Assembly: GCA_965231005.1 (NCBI GenBank)
Contig: OZ246405.1
Location: forward strand, 949,657-1,013,656
Source: an uncultured Gammaproteobacteria bacterium
GTDB lineage: Bacteria > Patescibacteriota > Patescibacteriia > Magasanikbacterales > UBA922
Direction of reading: 5' to 3'
Length of the DNA stretch: 64,000 bases
Part shown: piece by piece, positions 9,159 to 17,597 of the stretch
How the letters are laid out: each line of letters opens with the position of its first letter
How positions within the stretch are numbered: the stretch's first letter is position 1
Position numbers and translations under genes: made by a program
The notes under the pieces: model-generated
Seen by the model: the letters and a program-made list of their open reading frames with translations, nothing else
Database searches by the model: none
Told to the model about the DNA's origin: nothing

Positions 9159-10811
9159 ATGGCAAAAAAAAGTAGTACGAGCGCTCTTACACAGGAGCAA
9201 AAAGACGCACAAGACAAACGATATGCTGAACATCATTCTTATGATTATATTATTATTGGAACTGGAAATTCAGCACTAACTGTTGGATCACTCCTTGCAC
9301 ATGCAGGATATAAAATCTGCATGCTTGAATATCACGACATTCCTGGTGGATACATGCAAACATTTCGAACTGGGGAATACTTATTCTGCGCCCAAGTTCA
9401 TTACACATGGGGCTGCGGCCCTGGTGGAAAAATTTATGAATTCTTAAAACATATTGGTCTTGAAAAAGATATTACATTTGAACTGTATGATACAAATGGA
9501 TATGACCACATGGTTATGCCAGACGGAAAAACAGTAAACATTCCATATGGTTTTGACAAACTTGCAGAAAATATTGAAGCTGCATATCCTGGGCAAAAAG
9601 AAAAGGTTGAAAAATTTGGAAGGATTCTCACAAAAGTACGAGAAGAAATTGGTCAATTTCCTGACAGAAAATTATTTTGGTGGGAATACATCGTAAAGTG
9701 GCCAAAGTTTCTTACACTATTGAAGTACAAAAATAAAACACTACAAGATCTGTTTGATGAATGCAACCTATCAAAAGAATCTCAAGCAATTCTTTGTGCA
9801 AATGCTGGAGACTTTATGGAGCCACCTGAACGACTTTCAATCTTTGCATATGCAGGCCTTTTTGGTGGATATAACCTAGGAGCTTACTATCCAACAAAAC
9901 ATTATAAGTATTATGTTGACAGACTTGCAGATTTCATCACAGAGCACGAAGGATGTCATATATACTATGAAACACCAGTGACAGCAATAAACGTCACTGA
10001 CGGTCAAATTTCAGGCGTTGAGACAAGCGATGGAAAGACATTTAGCGCTAAAAAGTACATTTGTAACATGGATCCAAAGGCTGCAGCAGAAATGATTGGA
10101 CTTGAGAAATTTCCTGATGCATATAAAAAGAAAGTTGATTATGAATACTCCCCTTCTGGCATGGTTATTTATCTTGGACTCAAACCAGGTTTTGACTTGA
10201 AAAAATATGGATTTGGAAAATTCAACACATGGCATTTGCAAGAATGGGACATGAATAAAACATGGAAAGATCAACTTAGTGGAAATTTTGAAAAATGCTG
10301 GTATTTCATGTCTACACCAAACCTCCATTCTGATGCACCTGGCACTGCACCTGAAAACTGTCAAATTCTTGAAATTGCAACACTCACTGATTATGACTCA
10401 TTCAAAGAAGCGCAAGATGAAAAATATGCAAACTACATGAAGAAAAAAATGGCCTTAGCAGACCACCTATTAGATCTTGTTGAGCGAGACTACATTCCAG
10501 ATCTTCGAGAAAACATTGTTGTCAAAACAATTGGAACACCTACGACAAATGAAGACTTTGTTATGGCAACACGAGGAAATGCCTATGGATCAACCATGAT
10601 TCCGTCACAAATGGGCATTGGAAGATTAAAAGAAGATACACCATGGAACAACTTTTTCTGGTGTAATGCATCAAGTGGTTTTGCAGGAATGTACGGAACA
10701 GTCCACACAGGGATCTCACTCTATATGAAACTGACAGGAGACATGTTCTATGACCAAATGGCAAGCCCTACAGATGAAGAATTTCTTACTGCTCTGAGAA
10801 AGAACTCATAA
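9159..10811 (+). CDS. FAD-dependent oxidoreductase, phytoene desaturase (CrtI)/amine-oxidase family
   Basis: Rossmann 'DYIIIGTGNSALTVGSLLAHAGYKICMLEYHDIPGGY'; start moved to M after tRNA end (ORF 9108.. overlaps the tRNA). Confidence 0.6.
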   Translation: MAKKSSTSALTQEQKDAQDKRYAEHHSYDYIIIGTGNSALTVGSLLAHAGYKICMLEYHDIPGGYMQTFRTGEYLFCAQVHYTWGCGPGGKIYEFLKHIGLEKDITFELYDTNGYDHMVMPDGKTVNIPYGFDKLAENIEAAYPGQKEKVEKFGRILTKVREEIGQFPDRKLFWWEYIVKWPKFLTLLKYKNKTLQDLFDECNLSKESQAILCANAGDFMEPPERLSIFAYAGLFGGYNLGAYYPTKHYKYYVDRLADFITEHEGCHIYYETPVTAINVTDGQISGVETSDGKTFSAKKYICNMDPKAAAEMIGLEKFPDAYKKKVDYEYSPSGMVIYLGLKPGFDLKKYGFGKFNTWHLQEWDMNKTWKDQLSGNFEKCWYFMSTPNLHSDAPGTAPENCQILEIATLTDYDSFKEAQDEKYANYMKKKMALADHLLDLVERDYIPDLRENIVVKTIGTPTTNEDFVMATRGNAYGSTMIPSQMGIGRLKEDTPWNNFFWCNASSGFAGMYGTVHTGISLYMKLTGDMFYDQMASPTDEEFLTALRKNS

Positions 10812-12081
10812 CATCTTCAGCAACCCGTTGTCCGCAACGTAGTGCTCCCTCAGTCCATGGACTGTTTAAATAGTCTCCACAGAAAAAGACATTATTTCCT
10901 CCTTGAGACTCTTCTAAAAAAGTTTTTACAGCTGTTATTGACCCTGGGTAAAACTTTGGCATTGCTTCTGGCCACCGCTGCAGATCAAAATTCTCTAAGT
11001 CACTTTCGTGGGTAAACCAAGGACAGAATTTTAATAGTTCTGTTTTTGTTTCTGATAAAATTTCATCATCTGATTTGTTAATAATGGATTTTGCATAATC
11101 CTCATGAAGCCATGCACAAATCAGGGATGTATCATCATGTACAAACTCTCCCCCTTTCATCCGCTCATTTGTAAAACCTGAAATTGTCTTGCTTTGAACA
11201 CGAGGGACCCAGACAACAGATCTCCCTGGCAACTTATTTTTGTCTACCTTAAATGCAAGACTTATTGATGTTGCATACTTGATTTTTTGAAGTAAATTTT
11301 TCTGACCTTCTGTAGGATTATTATATATTTGTTTTGTTACTGTTGCAGGAGATGCAAGGACAATAACATCATACTCTTTTTCTTTTTCTGTTGTAAGTTT
11401 TGGATAATTACCTCCTGTTACAGATTCAACAGCAGTTTGTAGTTTAACATCAAGAGTATCTGCGAGCGCTTGTGGTAATCGAATCATACCACCAGGTGTT
11501 TGGTGAAGATTCCATCCTTCTCTGCGAAACTTAAGAAGTTCGAGAATCCCCTTTACAGCACCTAAGCTTATTTCTTTTGAACTATGAAATTGATATGTAG
11601 TACTAAATGGATCAACCAAGTAGTCAGCTCCAGCTTTTCCAAGTCGTCTTGTCATGTAGTCATATGCATTTTCATTATCATATACTGATGCAGATGTAAG
11701 ATTGAAAAAATTTATCCATTCACTCCTTTTTTCTGTTCGAAGAAATTCAATGGCAAGTCGGAGTCGCGAAAAAAAACCAACAGATCGATCAATATCCATA
11801 ATTTTACCATCTTTGTGAATGCCATATTTCAAAAAATCCATTGATTCAAACGGTACATCAAGCTCTTGGCAATATTCCTTCATATTGTCATATAAATTGC
11901 ACAAATGATTTGCTCCAATATCAAATGTCAATCCATCCTTTTTTCTTGATGACATTCTTCCACCAACAATGTCACTTGCTTCATAAACAGTCACACTGTG
12001 CCCTGCCTTTTGCAATTCATAGGCACATGCAAGTCCTGAAATTCCTGCACCAACAACAGCAATACTTTTTTGTTTATTCAT
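10786..12081 (-). CDS. FAD-dependent oxidoreductase, protoporphyrinogen/amine oxidase-like
   Basis: 'MNKQKSIAVVGAGISGLACAYELQKAGHSVTVYEASDIVGGR'; convergent with previous gene, 3' ends overlap 26 nt. Confidence 0.6.
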   Translation of the reverse strand: MNKQKSIAVVGAGISGLACAYELQKAGHSVTVYEASDIVGGRMSSRKKDGLTFDIGANHLCNLYDNMKEYCQELDVPFESMDFLKYGIHKDGKIMDIDRSVGFFSRLRLAIEFLRTEKRSEWINFFNLTSASVYDNENAYDYMTRRLGKAGADYLVDPFSTTYQFHSSKEISLGAVKGILELLKFRREGWNLHQTPGGMIRLPQALADTLDVKLQTAVESVTGGNYPKLTTEKEKEYDVIVLASPATVTKQIYNNPTEGQKNLLQKIKYATSISLAFKVDKNKLPGRSVVWVPRVQSKTISGFTNERMKGGEFVHDDTSLICAWLHEDYAKSIINKSDDEILSETKTELLKFCPWFTHESDLENFDLQRWPEAMPKFYPGSITAVKTFLEESQGGNNVFFCGDYLNSPWTEGALRCGQRVAEDVMSSFSEQ

Positions 12082-12230
12082 ATGTTTAAAAATAATCATG
12101 CATAACAGCATGATAATACGATATATCTAGTATATCTTATCATGTAGAATCACTGATGCCAAGAAAAATAGCTTCTTGACACCCTTCAGAGATTGTGATA
12201 GGCTGAAAAATCTGATAGTATATATTTTGT

Positions 12231-13067
12231 ATGTTAATTAAGGGAAAAAAGCTAGCTGAAGCAATACATGCCAGCACTGCTGAGCATATTGCAAAACTAA
12301 AAAAACAAGGGCTGAATCCAACCCTTGCTGTTGTTTTAGTTGGCGATGATAAACCATCAGAGCGTTACGTACAGAAAAAACAAGAAGCTGCTGAAAAAGT
12401 AGGCCTTACGTTTGAACTTCATAAACTTCCTGCAGATATTTCAAAAGACGATATCATACAAAAAATTGTTGACATTCAAAAAAATAAAGATCTTTCAGGA
12501 CTCATTGTCCAACTTCCTCTTCCTGAGCCACTTTATACAGATGAAGTACTCAATGCGATTGATCCTTCTGTTGATGTGGACTGTCTCACAAACAGTAATC
12601 TTGGAAAACTGGTCATGAAAACAAATATTATCACTCCCCCAACTCCAAATGCTGTTATGACAATTCTTGAAAGCCAGAAGATTGATCTAGCAGGAAAAAA
12701 TGTTACTATCATTGGTGTTGGTGCACTTGTTGGAAAGCCACTTGCAATTATGATGATGAATAAGCGAGCAAGTGTTACAACGTGTAACAGTGCAACTGCT
12801 GATGTGAAGGAAAAATGTTTAAACGCTGACATTATTGTAACAGGAGTTGGAAAACCACATGTTGTTACTGCAGACATGGTCAATCCAAATACAATTGTAA
12901 TAGACACTGGTGTTACTTTTGAAACAGGAAAACTATCTGGTGATGTAGATGTAGAAGATATTGATAAAAAAGGATGCGTTGTCACTCCCACCCCTGGTGG
13001 TGTTGGGCCGTTGACCGTAGCACATTTGCTTCAAAATACTGCAATTTTGGCAGAGCGAAAAGCCTAA
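12231..13067 (+). CDS. folD: bifunctional methylenetetrahydrofolate dehydrogenase/cyclohydrolase
   Basis: 'LAVVLVGDDKPSERYV', 'GKNVTIIGVGALVGKP', 'PTPGGVGPLTVAHLL' typical FolD blocks. Confidence 0.85.
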   Translation: MLIKGKKLAEAIHASTAEHIAKLKKQGLNPTLAVVLVGDDKPSERYVQKKQEAAEKVGLTFELHKLPADISKDDIIQKIVDIQKNKDLSGLIVQLPLPEPLYTDEVLNAIDPSVDVDCLTNSNLGKLVMKTNIITPPTPNAVMTILESQKIDLAGKNVTIIGVGALVGKPLAIMMMNKRASVTTCNSATADVKEKCLNADIIVTGVGKPHVVTADMVNPNTIVIDTGVTFETGKLSGDVDVEDIDKKGCVVTPTPGGVGPLTVAHLLQNTAILAERKA

Positions 13068-13170
13068 ACTTTTATTATTTCAATACAAACTTTGTTGAGG
13101 TAATAAAAGTGTAGACTTTCCTTTGAGAGTAAACACAACCTGGCAAACACCCGACATGTCGGAGGACATC

Positions 13171-13464
13171 ATGCAACAGCCGCACACTGACGCTTCTACC
13201 GAGACGACAACTCACCCTGATGAGGCAGCTTCCCTGACCTTCGCAGACCTGGACGACGGCGAGCACTTCCTGGTCATCAACGATCTCATGGAAGTCATGG
13301 ACACCCCAGACGATGCGATCACGATTTGGCGCAAGCTCGGCCACAACGGCAGGATGTGCCACAAGGCCAATGCTGCTGGCAACTGCGGCGAAGAAGGCCT
13401 GAAGAGCGGCAAGTGCACGTTCCAGACGTTCGACGACAACACTCCGGTGATTCGCACCAGATAG
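13171..13464 (+). CDS. hypothetical small acidic protein (GC-rich island)
   Basis: GGAGG SD 5 nt before ATG 13171; ~60% GC; ORF-track N-terminus trimmed. Confidence 0.35.
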   Translation: MQQPHTDASTETTTHPDEAASLTFADLDDGEHFLVINDLMEVMDTPDDAITIWRKLGHNGRMCHKANAAGNCGEEGLKSGKCTFQTFDDNTPVIRTR

Positions 13465-13480
13465 CCAAGTGGAGGTCGCG

Positions 13481-13714
13481 ATGAGTAGTCCGCTATCTTG
13501 CAGCTGTCTGTGCCATCAAGGTGGCGCCTGTGGCCTTGTCCCCTGTTGTGACCATGCTGGTTTGCGACCTGAACAGATTCGAACTCCTGCTGAGCAAGCG
13601 TTTCTTGCACATGCATTCGAAGTACTTGAGAACCTTCCTGCATCTCGCGAACTTGAGAAACAGGAAGCTGCTGACACAACACACGAGCTTCCTGATGACA
13701 TCATGGTGAACTAG
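13481..13714 (+). CDS. hypothetical small Cys-rich acidic protein (C-x-C-x-C...CC-x-H cluster)
   Basis: GGAGG SD 5 nt before ATG 13481; 'SCSCLCHQGGACGLVPCCDH'; 16 nt after upstream ORF. Confidence 0.35.
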   Translation: MSSPLSCSCLCHQGGACGLVPCCDHAGLRPEQIRTPAEQAFLAHAFEVLENLPASRELEKQEAADTTHELPDDIMVN

Positions 13715-13730
13715 AACAAAGGAGACATTC

Positions 13731-13763
13731 CCGACGACGGCCCTGCACGTACATCGTCGGGGC
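13731..13763. other. GC hairpin CCCGACGA/TCGTCGGG closing the island
   Basis: 8-bp perfect stem, 17-nt loop, no clear T-run. Confidence 0.35.
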
Positions 13764-13797
13764 CAAACAAAAGACACCAATTACTTGGTTTCATCAT

Positions 13798-14775
13798 TTA
13801 GCTGCTCATATGATCCAAAAATTCTTTTAGAAGAGATTCTAGCTCTTCTAGACTCGTCACTCTCACAAGCTTTCCTCGAAACTCTTTAATTCCAGGAATC
13901 TCCTGTCCAATTTTATTTGTTTTAAAATACCATGACAAATGTTTTCGAAACGTGACAATTCCCCGTTCCCCATACTGCTGTGTATGTAATCTTGCATGAC
14001 GCATGACAACATCAACACGCTCTTGCACTGAAACAATATATTCTGGTTCAAGGACTTGCTTAAAAAACCAAGGATTTCCAAGCGCACCACGTGCAATAAG
14101 CACTCCATCACACCCTGTCTGCTCTAATGCTTCTTCTACTTGATGTGGTTGATGAATATCACCATTTGCAATAAACGGAACTGTAGCTATTTCTTTTGCT
14201 TGTCTGATTCGTTCCCAATCACTAACACCACTATATCCCTGTTTTCTTGTTCTCCCATGCATTGTTATTAAATCTGCACCAGCTTCTTCTATAACAGGAA
14301 TAAATGTTTTAAAAGTATCAGGATTATCCCAGCCTAGACGAATCTTTACTGAGAGTGGCGTATCTCCTATTTCCTTTTTCATTGATCTAACAATTGCAGC
14401 TGCACGTTCTGGCTCTTTCATAAGCGCTGCACCATTAAAATTGCTTGTGATTTTATACACAGGGCAACCCATGTTTATATCAATTCCTTCTGGATTTGCA
14501 TGCTCCATGACAATTGCTGCAGCCTTTCCCATTGTTTCTGGATCAGCTCCAAAAATTTGTTGTACAATTGGACGTTCTGACTCAACAAAATCTGTCATGC
14601 CAATTGTCTTTTGATTTTCTCGAATAATAGCTTCTGAACTTACCATTTCACGAAATACAATATCAGCACCACCAATTTGGCGCACAATTTGACAAAATGA
14701 AGAATCTGTCATATCTGCCATTGGTGACAGTGCAAGCATCTTCTTATTTTTAGATAATATGTCGTTGATCCACAT
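13798..14775 (-). CDS. tRNA-dihydrouridine synthase
   Basis: 'LALSPMADMTDSSF', 'MGCP', 'GAALMKEPE', 'NGDI' Dus family blocks; start among M21/M33 of ORF. Confidence 0.7.
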   Translation of the reverse strand: MWINDILSKNKKMLALSPMADMTDSSFCQIVRQIGGADIVFREMVSSEAIIRENQKTIGMTDFVESERPIVQQIFGADPETMGKAAAIVMEHANPEGIDINMGCPVYKITSNFNGAALMKEPERAAAIVRSMKKEIGDTPLSVKIRLGWDNPDTFKTFIPVIEEAGADLITMHGRTRKQGYSGVSDWERIRQAKEIATVPFIANGDIHQPHQVEEALEQTGCDGVLIARGALGNPWFFKQVLEPEYIVSVQERVDVVMRHARLHTQQYGERGIVTFRKHLSWYFKTNKIGQEIPGIKEFRGKLVRVTSLEELESLLKEFLDHMSS

Positions 14776-14879
14776 AGTTGAAGCAATATACCATTGAAAA
14801 GCAGAAAAATCAATGCTTATACAAAAAAACCTCAAAGGAAAGAGCCTTTAAGGCATTTCTAGCTTTGTAAGTCCCTTTT

Positions 14880-16310
14880 CTACCCAAACCGCTGATCACC
14901 ATATTGAATTGCCTCTCCTGAGTCAGTTTGGTATGTTTTTTCATCGCTCGTACTACTTTCACCTGATTCTCCACCAGGTGGTACATTTCCAACAGGTATA
15001 TCTGGAAGAACCTCTGCAGGAAGTGAAGAAGGTGGCTCAACACGTTTTCCTTCAGCTTTTTGAAGAAGAGGTGTCTTAACATGTGACATTGGAAAGTGCC
15101 AAATTGTAGCAAGCTCTTCAATATTTAAAATAAATGGATTTGCCCCTATACCACTCTTTCGCTTCTTATATGCTTTCATCAATAATTCTTTGCGGTATTT
15201 TTCGCGATATTTTTTGAACAGATATGATGCCTTAGATTTATATGTTGGAATAATTGCATTTGCTGTTTGAATATTGTATTGGTTAATTGCACCAACGAGC
15301 GCATGGATTCCCCTACTTGGTCGAAACACTTCTTTGCGTGCTAAATACACTGCTCGAATTTTTGTTTTAAAGCCAATTTTGCTTATTTTTTCCTCCATGG
15401 CCTCAACAATCTTGACTTGCCCTGGAGTTAAAAACTTTAACTCATTTTTTTCACCGTCACTTTTCTCTTCAGAACCAGAAGATGGCTCTCTGCCAAATAT
15501 CTGATCTCCAAATGTTTCCAAAGAATTATAAAAAGCCTTTGAAACATGATCACTCACACCAACTTTCTTTTTTTCTTTTTCTCCAATAATTTGCTTTATC
15601 TTTTTAATTGCTTTTTCCTTCCATGAATTTGTTGTTGGCTCAATAATAATCTGAAACCACATTTGCTCACCAGCACCTATTCTACTAAAACTTTCCAAAA
15701 ATGTTCCCACAGGATCTTTTAGAACAGTATCTTTTGAAATGTTGTGCTCAAATTCCCTATATGAACGAATAGGATATGCATCATCCTGTGAAAGACCAAA
15801 ATCACTCGCCCAAATATCGTGCGTGTCATTTGGAAAGTTATCTGGAATATCTCTTACATAGTCTTCGACCTCTACAATTTCTGCATCAGAATACTGCGCA
15901 TATATTGCTGTTTCAATAAGCTCTCGAAATTTTTCTTCTGTACGTATTAAAAACTGAATATATCCTTCAATACTGATAATTTCAAAACTGAAGTGCCGTT
16001 GTTTTTCACCGCGGTAGTATTTATCAGCAATATTAATATCATTATATGCACCAGCAATATGTGCAAACATTTGCTCCACAGCTTTTGGTGTTTGCAGATT
16101 TGTCGGTGGAATATCAATTGCTAAAAGGACCCATTTCCAGTCAGCCTTGTACTTATCTTGTCGATAATCAACATAAAATTCTAAGGCAACAAATAAAAGG
16201 AGAAATGAGAAAATGGTCCATCCAAAAATTGCAAATAAATCAAAAACAACCTCCATCGGAGAGCGCGTGAAAAAATCTAGTAATATAGTAGTTATATTCT
16301 CAACACTCAT
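14880..16310 (-). CDS. hypothetical membrane-anchored protein (N-terminal TM, long acidic/Lys-rich region, Pro/Gly/Ser-rich tail)
   Basis: 476-aa ORF, two N-terminal hydrophobic segments, no recognisable catalytic motif. Confidence 0.5.
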   Translation of the reverse strand: MSVENITTILLDFFTRSPMEVVFDLFAIFGWTIFSFLLLFVALEFYVDYRQDKYKADWKWVLLAIDIPPTNLQTPKAVEQMFAHIAGAYNDINIADKYYRGEKQRHFSFEIISIEGYIQFLIRTEEKFRELIETAIYAQYSDAEIVEVEDYVRDIPDNFPNDTHDIWASDFGLSQDDAYPIRSYREFEHNISKDTVLKDPVGTFLESFSRIGAGEQMWFQIIIEPTTNSWKEKAIKKIKQIIGEKEKKKVGVSDHVSKAFYNSLETFGDQIFGREPSSGSEEKSDGEKNELKFLTPGQVKIVEAMEEKISKIGFKTKIRAVYLARKEVFRPSRGIHALVGAINQYNIQTANAIIPTYKSKASYLFKKYREKYRKELLMKAYKKRKSGIGANPFILNIEELATIWHFPMSHVKTPLLQKAEGKRVEPPSSLPAEVLPDIPVGNVPPGGESGESSTSDEKTYQTDSGEAIQYGDQRFG

Positions 16311-16560
16311 ATAAACCTTCTCTCCAAATTATAAATCAACAAGTTTAAAAATTGAAACATAAATAACAACTACTGAGATTGCTGTCCACCACCATCCATT
16401 TGTAGATGACATATAGCCTGCAATATAGGCTAGTAGAACAATAATTGTTCCAATAAATGCAATAAGATGTCTTGCTGTACTATCAGACATAGATTATAAA
16501 AATCAATACTATCTCATAAAAATATGAGGATGTTTATCAATAAGAAGTATATCACAATTA

Positions 16561-16587
16561 AAAAAACCCTCCAACAGGAGGGTTTTT
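16561..16587. terminator. bidirectional intrinsic terminator (CCCTCC-aacag-GAGGG + T-run)
   Basis: aaaaaaCCCTCCaacagGAGGGttttt downstream of secF. Confidence 0.65.
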
Positions 16588-16594
16588 AGCTTAA

Positions 16595-17596
16595 TTATTT
16601 ATTTTTGTATAGACGTTCTTCCCAGACAACGAGGAACGGACTTGCCAGAAAGAGTGAGGAATAGGTTCCTAGTAATATACCAACGATAAGTGCAAGAGAG
16701 AAGTATTTTATTGACTCTCCACCAAACATAAATAGTCCAAAAAGAACAAGCAATGTTGTAATGGATGTATTGAATGAACGAACCAATGTCTGATTGATAC
16801 CTAAATTTACAGTTTCTGGAAAATCATGTGATCCGCGTCTAATAAGATTTTCTCTCACACGATCAAATACAACAATAGTATCGTTCACAGAGTACCCAAG
16901 AATTGTCAAAAGTGCAACAACAAAAGGAATATTTACCTCAACACCTAAATACTTTCCAAGTAAGACAAATACACCCATTGTAATAGTAATATCATGAACC
17001 AATGCAATAATAGCTGTTAAACCGTATTTCCAAGACTGAATTGGTTTGGATACTCTTCTAAAAGCATATGCAATAAACAAAATGATTGCAATGATAACAA
17101 CAAGCGCTGCTTTCCATGCTTTAGAGCGCAAATATGAACTGATTGCAGGACCAATAGTCTCAATTCTGTTTTCAAGCAACCTATTTGTTGGCTCAGCTTC
17201 TAATGCTACTTCAACAGTTTTTGCTCCAGATCCAGCAGCATCTATAACAAGATCTTTATCTGCACTTGGAGCTGCATCCTTTTTTCCTTCAAACGCTGTA
17301 CGAAGACTTGTAAGCACTTGTTGGTGCTCCTCTTCTGAAATATATCTCATCTTCAAAATCAATCCTTTGTCTTCTACTGGCTGCACAAGAATCTCACCTA
17401 AATTAAGTGCGGCAAGATTTGATTTAATATCATCAATTGGTGGACGCTCTGTTTTAAACGTCAATTCCATAAGTGAACCACCAGTAAAGTCAATCCCAGG
17501 TTTAAGACCAATTGAAAAAATTAATACTAAACTTGTCAAAAATAAAATACTTGAAATGGCAAAGCTGATTTTTCTATTTTTTACGATTTGTATCAT
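16595..17596 (-). CDS. secF: protein translocase subunit SecF
   Basis: 6-TM SecF topology, 'GIDFTGGS', 'ESIKYFSLALIVGILLGTYSS'. Confidence 0.85.
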   Translation of the reverse strand: MIQIVKNRKISFAISSILFLTSLVLIFSIGLKPGIDFTGGSLMELTFKTERPPIDDIKSNLAALNLGEILVQPVEDKGLILKMRYISEEEHQQVLTSLRTAFEGKKDAAPSADKDLVIDAAGSGAKTVEVALEAEPTNRLLENRIETIGPAISSYLRSKAWKAALVVIIAIILFIAYAFRRVSKPIQSWKYGLTAIIALVHDITITMGVFVLLGKYLGVEVNIPFVVALLTILGYSVNDTIVVFDRVRENLIRRGSHDFPETVNLGINQTLVRSFNTSITTLLVLFGLFMFGGESIKYFSLALIVGILLGTYSSLFLASPFLVVWEERLYKNK

Positions 17597-17597
17597 A

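Noticed and set aside
12533-12991. 152-aa minus-strand ORF inside folD
   Set aside because: Antisense to a well-supported folD; low-complexity Thr/Ser/Val composition.
13212-13780. Minus-strand ORFs 13212..13682, 13493..13780, 13516..13704 in GC island
   Set aside because: Overlapping shadow frames without SD. Plus-strand ORFs have GGAGG SDs. Still uncertain, so confidence on the plus-strand calls was kept low.
16328-16490. Possible small minus-strand ORF between 14880..16310 gene and secF
   Set aside because: Hand translation gives a 49-aa Cys/Ser-rich peptide with no TM or motif and frame ambiguity; not supportable.
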